A stretch of DNA of 64,000 nucleotides from the NCBI RefSeq assembly GCF_013122565.1, contig NZ_CP053258.1. One strand, given 5' to 3'. Shown here piece by piece: positions 56,816-64,000 of this stretch (position 1 is the stretch's first letter; every line of letters starts with the position of its first letter). The position numbers and the translations under genes were made by a program. The notes beneath the pieces are model-generated. The model had not been told where the DNA came from and did no database searches. It saw only the letters and a list, made by a program, of their open reading frames with translations. The stretch comes from Escherichia coli. Lineage in GTDB: Bacteria; Pseudomonadota; Gammaproteobacteria; Enterobacterales; Enterobacteriaceae.

Positions 56816-56852
56816 CCACACATTGCCGGGGGATAACCCCGGCAATCTTCAA

Positions 56853-58166
56853 TTACTGATCCGCAGTTTTATCAAATTTGCCCAGCACTTCACGCTCATA
56901 AGCCAGCGCTTTCTTACGGTCAAATTTGTGTTCCCACTTGGCAATCACCAGCACCGCCAGCGCATTACCCACCACGTTCAGCGCAGTACGCGCCATATCG
57001 AGGATACGGTCAACACCGGCAATAAACGCCAGACCTTCCAGCGGAATACCTACGCTACCCAGCGTTGCCAGCAACACCACAAACGACACGCCCGGCACGC
57101 CAGCAATCCCTTTCGAGGTCACCATCAGCGTCAGCACCAGAATGATTTCCTGCCAGATGGACAGGTCAATGCCATACAGCTGAGCGATGAAAATAGCGGC
57201 AATACTTTGATACAGCGTCGAACCATCAAGGTTAAAAGAGTAACCGGTCGGCACCACGAAACTGGTGATCGACGCCGGTGCTCCGTAGGCTTCCATCTTC
57301 TCAATAATTCGCGGCAGTACGCTTTCAGAGCTGGCAGTGGAGTACGCCAGAATCAGCTCATCTTTCAGAATACGAATCAGGATCCAGACGCTTAACCCGC
57401 ACAGGCGCGCCACAATTCCCAGCACTACCAGCGCGAAGAACAGAATGGCGAAATGCACCAGCAGCACCAGTTTCGCCAGTGGCCACAGAGAAGAGAAACC
57501 AAAGTTAGCCACCGTCACCGCAATCAGCGCAAACACACCCACCGGCGCATAACGCATCACCATGTGCGTCACTTTAAACATGGTTTCAGAGATGGAGCGG
57601 AACACGGTCACCAGCGGTTCACGATGCGTCGCGGGCAGGGAGGAAAGCCCCAGACCAAACAGCACCGAGAAGAAGATGATCGGCAGCATTTCGCCTTTCG
57701 CCATCGACGCCACAATGTTCGTCGGCACCAGCGACAAAATCGTGCCCATAATGCCGTGGGAACTGCTTTGTACCGCTTCCGTAGTGCTCTGATATTTCGA
57801 GATATCGACGGTCGCCAGCTGCGACATATCCACCCCGGCACCGGGCTGGAAGACGTTCGCCAGAGTGATCCCCAAAATGATGGCGACGGTGGTGATCACC
57901 TCGAAGTAGATAATGGTTTTCGCGCCAATACGCCCGAGCTGTTTGGCATCACCAACACCCGCGATACCCACCACCAGCGTGGAGATCACAATCGGCACAA
58001 CAATCATTTTGATCAGATGGATGAAGATATCACCCGCCGGAGAGAGCAAATTGACGACCAGCCAGTCGCGGCTGTCGCTATGGTAGTGCAGGTAGCTTCC
58101 CAGGAGAATGCCCAGCACCATAGCAAACAGAATCTGCCAGGCCAGGCTGAATTTTATATTTTTCAT
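56853..58166 (-). CDS. gltP: Glutamate/aspartate:proton symporter
   Basis: 437 aa; dicarboxylate/amino-acid:cation symporter family. Confidence 0.9.
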   Translation of the reverse strand: MKNIKFSLAWQILFAMVLGILLGSYLHYHSDSRDWLVVNLLSPAGDIFIHLIKMIVVPIVISTLVVGIAGVGDAKQLGRIGAKTIIYFEVITTVAIILGITLANVFQPGAGVDMSQLATVDISKYQSTTEAVQSSSHGIMGTILSLVPTNIVASMAKGEMLPIIFFSVLFGLGLSSLPATHREPLVTVFRSISETMFKVTHMVMRYAPVGVFALIAVTVANFGFSSLWPLAKLVLLVHFAILFFALVVLGIVARLCGLSVWILIRILKDELILAYSTASSESVLPRIIEKMEAYGAPASITSFVVPTGYSFNLDGSTLYQSIAAIFIAQLYGIDLSIWQEIILVLTLMVTSKGIAGVPGVSFVVLLATLGSVGIPLEGLAFIAGVDRILDMARTALNVVGNALAVLVIAKWEHKFDRKKALAYEREVLGKFDKTADQ

Positions 58167-58507
58167 CAGAATAACTTCCTCAATGGAGCGCCGTTCCCCG
58201 TTCAGAAACGCGAGAACGTGACATACTGCCAGGGCATGAATTGTGTTGCGTTGGTTTGTAGATTTTTTTAACGCTTATGATCAGTATCATTTGCGCGGTA
58301 TGTTGCGCAACCCTTTAACAACAGAGCTTTTCGCTGCATTAATGCATAATAACGCGAGTTTATGGCAGGATTAATGAATAACCATTTGTTATGGAAAGAT
58401 TTTTATTTGTTTAATCTGCAATAATACTGATTGGTGATTATTTTTGGCATATGTTCATTCGATTATTTTTTATGCAGCCCAATAACATAATCTTCATCAC
58501 CAGATGA

Positions 58508-59104
58508 TTAATCCGATCTCCGCTGCAACAATTTCGCCATATTAATCGACTCGACCAGCTGTGTCCGGTTGATCCGGGGTGAGTTGAGATCCATCACTTT
58601 TTGCCATAGTTCGATGGCTTGCGCGTAATTCGCCTGCATAAACGCATCGGAAGCCAGCAGCATCAGAGCGGTGATTTCGTTAGAGTCCAGCGCGAGGGCT
58701 TTGTCGATCATTGCGCGAGTCTGGGCGGTCATATGCTGGCTGGCCTGGTAATAAAGCACCGTCGCCAGCGCCGCATACAGTTCAGCGTTCTCACCACGTA
58801 GTTGCAACGCCTGACGGTACGCCAGCAGCGAATTGCTGTAATCGTTTTGCCACAGATAGTACTCGCCCAGTAACGCCCACTGTTCGCTGTTTTGTGGATT
58901 CGCGCGGATTTTATCCTGCAATGCCTGAAGCTGCGCTTCCGGGGTTTGCTGGCTGGCAAACTGATGTAGCGGATCGCGCTGGCGCTGATACTCCGCACGT
59001 ACCGCCTGCCATTTTGGGCTTAACAGATAACTGCCGACACAGAGGAATACCATCAATATCGTGAGTGTTGTCAGCATTTTCACCGGTATTTGAGGCTGTT
59101 TCAT
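58508..59104 (-). CDS. nrfG: Cytochrome c nitrite reductase biogenesis protein (TPR protein)
   Basis: ORF 58508..59170 opens on GTG; in-frame ATG at 59104 ([11 protein letters not shown]) gives 198 aa; TM anchor plus TPR repeats. Confidence 0.8.
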   Translation of the reverse strand: MKQPQIPVKMLTTLTILMVFLCVGSYLLSPKWQAVRAEYQRQRDPLHQFASQQTPEAQLQALQDKIRANPQNSEQWALLGEYYLWQNDYSNSLLAYRQALQLRGENAELYAALATVLYYQASQHMTAQTRAMIDKALALDSNEITALMLLASDAFMQANYAQAIELWQKVMDLNSPRINRTQLVESINMAKLLQRRSD

Positions 59105-59484
59105 CGCTTCGCCCTCACTCGCCAGAGGATCAGTGCCATCAGCAGTAACAACACCACTGGCAGCGCCCACAACACCAGCGTCTGACCCGTTAACGGTGGG
59201 TTATAGCGAACAAAATCTCCGTAGCGTTCGGTCATCCAGCCAATGATTTCGACTTCACTTTTCCCCTCCGCCACCATGCTGTAAACCTGATGGCGCATAC
59301 TGACTGCCACCGGCGCGTTGGATTCCAGTAAGTTTTGATTCTGGCACTGCGGACAACGTAACTGGCTGGCAATATTTAACGCCTGTTGCTGTTGTTGCGG
59401 ATTGGCGAATTGCCAGGTGTCTACAACCTGAGCGCGCGCAAAACAGGTAAATAACAGCAGTAGCGTGAGAAGCCCTTTATACAT
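59101..59484 (-). CDS. nrfF: Heme lyase subunit NrfF (CcmH-like)
   Basis: 127 aa; signal peptide and CPQC thiol-redox motif. Confidence 0.8.
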   Translation of the reverse strand: MYKGLLTLLLLFTCFARAQVVDTWQFANPQQQQQALNIASQLRCPQCQNQNLLESNAPVAVSMRHQVYSMVAEGKSEVEIIGWMTERYGDFVRYNPPLTGQTLVLWALPVVLLLLMALILWRVRAKR

Positions 59485-61159
59485 CGCGCTTCTTCCCCCG
59501 CCATCCGCTTAACAATGCGCCCGCAATCATCAACAATCCTCCCCCCCAGATCCAGCGCACACCGCTTTGTACATACAAACGAAAAGCGTAACGATCCGCT
59601 CCGGTTTTTTCACCCATGACCGCATACCAGTCATGGATGCCGTTCCAGCGAATTGACGGTTCCATCATTTGCTGACGACGTGCTTCGTAAAAACGCCGCT
59701 CCGGCGTTAATTCACCAATGCGTTGCTGATGGTCAAACAGCGCCACTATCGCTTTTTCGCTGGTGTAATTGCCTTTGGCTTGTAGATCGAGGCGCTCAAA
59801 ACGGAAGGTGTATCCTGCCAGCATCACCTGCTGGCCCGGCTGTAAATTCAGGCTGATCTCCTGACGGCTGACGCTGGAGACCACGATCCCCGCGGCAAAT
59901 AACAGCATGCCCGCATGCGCCAGCAGCGCCGGAAGCTGCGCGCGTTTGCCAGAGACAAACGTCGCCAGCACAATCACCACCAACATCAACAGACCAAACG
60001 GTAACGTCGCGCGGTTAAAATACGGTGCGCCAACGGAGAGGCGTCCCCAGCCCAGCAGGCCGTAAATCATCGGATAAAGCGTTCCCACCAGCACGATCAG
60101 TAGCACTGCGCAAAACAGCAACAGCGTAGCGAGGATTAACATTTCCCGCGATAACCCCGAAAAACGCACCGCCGGGCCACCGTCCCGCGCTCGCCAGCCA
60201 TACAGAGCCAGAGACGCAAGGCTAATCAGTACAAACAGACTGAACAACGGCACGGCGCGGACGTTATCCAGCGCGAACGCATGAACCGAAACCAGAATGC
60301 CAGAACGGACAATTAAGGTGCCCAGCAGCGACAGCATCAGAGTAACTATCGCCAGTAACAGCGACCAGTGGCGAAAAATCCCCCGCTGGCGTGTCAGGGA
60401 TAAACTGTGCAGCAACGCAGTGGCAGAAAGCCAGGGTAGTAAAGAGGCGTTTTCCACCGGATCCCAGAACCACCAGCCGCCCCAGCCCAGTTCGCAATAG
60501 GCCCACCAGGAACCGAGGATGATCCCCGCAGTTAATGCACTCCAGCCAGGTAACGCCCAGCGCCAGCAAATTCGGGCGCAGGCACCATCAAACTCGCCGC
60601 GCAGTAGACTCGCCAGCGCCACGCTCGCCGCTACCATCAAACCGCCATAGCCAAGGTAAAGCAGCGGTGGATGAAAGATAAGACCGGGATGTTGCAGCAT
60701 CGGATTGAGATCGCGGCCTTCGATTGCTGGTGGAAATATCCGCACGAAGGGATCGGACCACAGCACCACAAACAGTAGCAGTGCGGCGAGCATGAGAGAT
60801 AAAACGGCTAGCGTCAGCGGAAATAGCGGATCGGTTTGCTGCCGATAATGCCAGGCAAACAGCGCGCTCCAGGCGGAAAGCAGCAGCACCCAAAGCAGCA
60901 GCGAACCTTCATGACCGCCCCACACCGCCGCCAGTTTGAGTTCCCACGACAGCAGGCTGTAGCTATGTTGGGCGACATAAATGACCGAGAAATCGCTGAT
61001 GAGAAAACAATACGTCAGTACGCCAAAGGCGAGCAGCTGGAGCGCGAACTGCGCCAGAATGCCGATGCAAGTGAGTCGCATCATGGCAGGCCAGCGCAAC
61101 CGCACTCCCGCAAAGGCCGTCAACGGGGTCAACACGTTGACCCCGAGACTTAACAACAA
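59477..61159 (-). CDS. nrfE: Heme lyase NrfE (CcmF-like)
   Basis: ORF extent, about 552-560 aa; polytopic membrane protein with Trp-rich motif; exact start uncertain. Confidence 0.8.
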   Translation of the reverse strand: MLLSLGVNVLTPLTAFAGVRLRWPAMMRLTCIGILAQFALQLLAFGVLTYCFLISDFSVIYVAQHSYSLLSWELKLAAVWGGHEGSLLLWVLLLSAWSALFAWHYRQQTDPLFPLTLAVLSLMLAALLLFVVLWSDPFVRIFPPAIEGRDLNPMLQHPGLIFHPPLLYLGYGGLMVAASVALASLLRGEFDGACARICWRWALPGWSALTAGIILGSWWAYCELGWGGWWFWDPVENASLLPWLSATALLHSLSLTRQRGIFRHWSLLLAIVTLMLSLLGTLIVRSGILVSVHAFALDNVRAVPLFSLFVLISLASLALYGWRARDGGPAVRFSGLSREMLILATLLLFCAVLLIVLVGTLYPMIYGLLGWGRLSVGAPYFNRATLPFGLLMLVVIVLATFVSGKRAQLPALLAHAGMLLFAAGIVVSSVSRQEISLNLQPGQQVMLAGYTFRFERLDLQAKGNYTSEKAIVALFDHQQRIGELTPERRFYEARRQQMMEPSIRWNGIHDWYAVMGEKTGADRYAFRLYVQSGVRWIWGGGLLMIAGALLSGWRGKKRDV

Positions 61160-61214
61160 CGCCAGAAAACCGACTTCAGGAAGGAATACGTCCAGAAACC
61201 ACCTCTGTTCTGGC

Positions 61215-62171
61215 TTACGCCACCGTTAACTGCCCGGCGTAGAGAATGAAAAAGCGCAGCATCAACACGCCGACCAGGCTGGCCCCACACGCCGCCAGCA
61301 CGGCAGGAATGCCGGAACTGCGATTGACCCACGGTTTGAGCAACATTGGCACAATCAGCCCCAGCCCGGCGACACCAAGCCAGAACCACCACGTCCAGAA
61401 ACCGCCGCCCAATGCCGCCACCAGCGCACGCACTTTACCGTCATCGCCCAGGGCCAGACCGACGAAAAACGCCACCAGCAGGAAGATTTCACCCCATACC
61501 ACGGGGATTTCCATACGGTGTACAAAGTGCGCTTCCGTGGAATGCGGGTTACTGCGTTGGCGTATCGCCATGGCGATCAGCGCCACCGCCGCACCGGACG
61601 AGATGCCGGAGAAGAGGAACAGCACCGGCAGGATCGGGTTATTGAGGAACGGATACGATTTCAGCGCCGACAGCAGAAAGCCGGTATAAGCCCCCAACAA
61701 CACCGCCAGCACCAGCATCAATGTTTCCAGTCCGCGATGAACGGGCGTCAGCAGGCTCAGAACCTTTTGCAAGATCCCCAGCTTCGGCAACCAGCGTTGT
61801 TGCAGGGCAAGCAAATCATGTTCAAAGATTTTCGCCAGCCACAGCACCAGCACCACCATGTAAAGCTGAAACAGCATCACCCCCATCGACATCACAGAGG
61901 TAAAACTGTAGTGGAACATCAGCTTCCAGAAGGTCCACGGTCTTGTCAGGTGGAAGACGAGGATCAACAGACCGAGGATCACCGCGCCAGGCCCGACAAT
62001 CAGCGTGGTGCGCAGCAACGTACTGTCTGCACCGCCCGTCTGCGGATAGAAGCGACGTAACAGCACGGCCAGCGTCACCAGACCGGCAGAAATACCAATC
62101 AAAAACAGGTAGATGGCAATCGGCCAGTCCCACACCAGCGATTCAAAATGAAATGCGGAAGTCTGCGTCAT
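61215..62171 (-). CDS. nrfD: Membrane quinol-oxidising subunit NrfD
   Basis: 318 aa; NrfD/PsrC-type integral membrane protein. Confidence 0.8.
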   Translation of the reverse strand: MTQTSAFHFESLVWDWPIAIYLFLIGISAGLVTLAVLLRRFYPQTGGADSTLLRTTLIVGPGAVILGLLILVFHLTRPWTFWKLMFHYSFTSVMSMGVMLFQLYMVVLVLWLAKIFEHDLLALQQRWLPKLGILQKVLSLLTPVHRGLETLMLVLAVLLGAYTGFLLSALKSYPFLNNPILPVLFLFSGISSGAAVALIAMAIRQRSNPHSTEAHFVHRMEIPVVWGEIFLLVAFFVGLALGDDGKVRALVAALGGGFWTWWFWLGVAGLGLIVPMLLKPWVNRSSGIPAVLAACGASLVGVLMLRFFILYAGQLTVA

Positions 62172-62839
62172 TGGCTCACCTCCCCGTATTTAAACGGTAC
62201 GCGGTACAGCTTCGGTTTGGTTCCCAGCGCCAGCTTGTAGCGGTAAGTGGGCTTCTGGCGCAGCAGTTGCGAAATCTCACTGTTGGGATCGTCCAGATTG
62301 CCAAACGTCAGCGCCTTCGTCGGGCAAGCCTCAACGCACGCGGGAAGCTTACCGGCCTGCAAATTGGTCTTACGGCAGAAATCGCATTTGTCCGCTGTCT
62401 TCGTGACCGGATGGATAAAGCGCACGCGGTACGGACAGGCGGCGATGCAGTACTGACAACCGACGCAGAGATCCGGATTAACATCGACAATCCCGCTAGC
62501 GGCATCACGAAAAGACGCACCGGTCGGGCAGACGTCAACGCACGGCGCATGATCGCAGTGCTGGCAAGACTTACGGAAGAAGCGATATTTCACATCAGGA
62601 AATTCACCCTGCGGCTCGCTACGAATAATCGTCAGGCGCGAGACGCCTTCCGGCACCTTGTTCACTTCCCGACAAGCATCCATACAGGCGGTACAGCCGA
62701 TGCATAACGACTCGTCATGCACCATGCCGTAACGCACCCCATTGATATTCAACGTTTTCGCCACCACGCGCCCTGCAGTGCCGCTGACGGCTGCCAGCAC
62801 GCCGACGCCGGTGAGAAACTGGCGACGAGACCAGGTCAT
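62168..62839 (-). CDS. nrfC: 4Fe-4S ferredoxin-type subunit NrfC
   Basis: 223 aa; Tat signal (RRQFL) and four CxxCxxCxxxCP clusters. Confidence 0.85.
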   Translation of the reverse strand: MTWSRRQFLTGVGVLAAVSGTAGRVVAKTLNINGVRYGMVHDESLCIGCTACMDACREVNKVPEGVSRLTIIRSEPQGEFPDVKYRFFRKSCQHCDHAPCVDVCPTGASFRDAASGIVDVNPDLCVGCQYCIAACPYRVRFIHPVTKTADKCDFCRKTNLQAGKLPACVEACPTKALTFGNLDDPNSEISQLLRQKPTYRYKLALGTKPKLYRVPFKYGEVSQ

Positions 62840-63408
62840 GGCTGCTCCTTAAGCAACGGAACAGACGCCGGGTTAAAGTTCGGATTGGTGCGCTGATCGC
62901 TGTGGCAATCGACGCAAATCTTAATCCGTCCTTTGTCACTTAACGTCTGCATCGTATCTTGCTGTGGATGCAGGGAATGGCAGCTGGCGCACGCCACTTT
63001 GGTTACGTGGACATCGTGCGGCCAGAACGCTTTTTGCAACTGTTCCGGCAGATGACAGGACATACAGACGCTGTTCTGCTCTCCAACCTTGTACATCGGC
63101 TCGTTAAAGCGCATCACATCTTTCACCCCTTCGCGGTGTTGCGGTGATGGCTGGCCGTGACAGTTGGTGCAGGTGACCGGCAGTTTGTTATTCGGGTTGA
63201 TAACGGAAGCATGTTTGCCATGCATACCTTCGGTATCTGGTTTATGACAGTCCAGACAGGCGGCATCCGGGTTACGCTGCTGGGTAACTTCGTAGCGATC
63301 ATCAGATACCTGCGCCGCAGGGGTAGCGGTAATTCCGTTCAGGCTCCACAACAGGCCCGACGCCAGCACCCCGGCAGTTAATAACGAACGTAATACGCTC
63401 ATATTCAC
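62836..63408 (-). CDS. nrfB: Pentaheme cytochrome c NrfB
   Basis: about 188-190 aa; signal peptide and five CxxCH heme-binding motifs. Confidence 0.85.
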   Translation of the reverse strand: MNMSVLRSLLTAGVLASGLLWSLNGITATPAAQVSDDRYEVTQQRNPDAACLDCHKPDTEGMHGKHASVINPNNKLPVTCTNCHGQPSPQHREGVKDVMRFNEPMYKVGEQNSVCMSCHLPEQLQKAFWPHDVHVTKVACASCHSLHPQQDTMQTLSDKGRIKICVDCHSDQRTNPNFNPASVPLLKEQP

Positions 63409-63446
63409 TCCATTGTGTTTTCCGCCCCTTGCGAGGTGGAACGGGG

Positions 63447-64000
<554 letters not shown>

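Noticed and set aside
57453-58271. 272 aa His/Arg-rich ORF antisense to gltP
   Set aside because: Antisense to a well-supported transporter gene; highly biased composition.
61518-62707. Overlapping 180 aa and 254 aa plus-strand ORFs across nrfD and nrfC
   Set aside because: Antisense to the nrf operon genes, whose heme-binding and Fe-S motifs confirm the minus-strand reading.

Overview
The window reads as an Escherichia coli-type chromosomal segment covering the cadC to nrfA stretch of the K-12 map, in reverse orientation relative to the K-12 numbering. Gene identities come from recognising the translated ORFs and their order; no database search was possible. About 60 protein genes are supported. 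In window order they are: cadC-cadBA (lysine acid resistance), dtpC, lysU, the type V toxin-antitoxin pair ghoT/ghoS, yjdJ, yjdI, dcuSR, dcuB, fumB, yjdF, melA, melR, adiA-adiY-adiC (arginine acid resistance), eptA-basRS, proP, yjcZ, crfC, phnA, phnB, a PhnO-like acetyltransferase, yjdP, a 9.5 kb accessory sugar-utilisation island, yjcS, ytcA, mdtNOP, the selenoprotein gene fdhF, yjcO, an IS621-like insertion sequence, gltP and nrfGFEDCB with the 3' end of nrfA. The two most interesting items are the IS621-like IS110-family element with its non-coding bridge-RNA region, inserted in a tandem REP array that still carries an unoccupied copy of the target site, and the accessory island (hybrid sensor kinase, OmpR-type regulator, sugar ABC transporter, cupin isomerase, class II aldolase, PfkB kinase) sitting where K-12 carries rpiB and the als operon. 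Two further departures from the K-12 order are the absence of melB and of the phnC-phnN and phnP genes. No CRISPR array, rRNA, tRNA or prophage was seen. Coordinates of non-coding features were derived by hand and are approximate.
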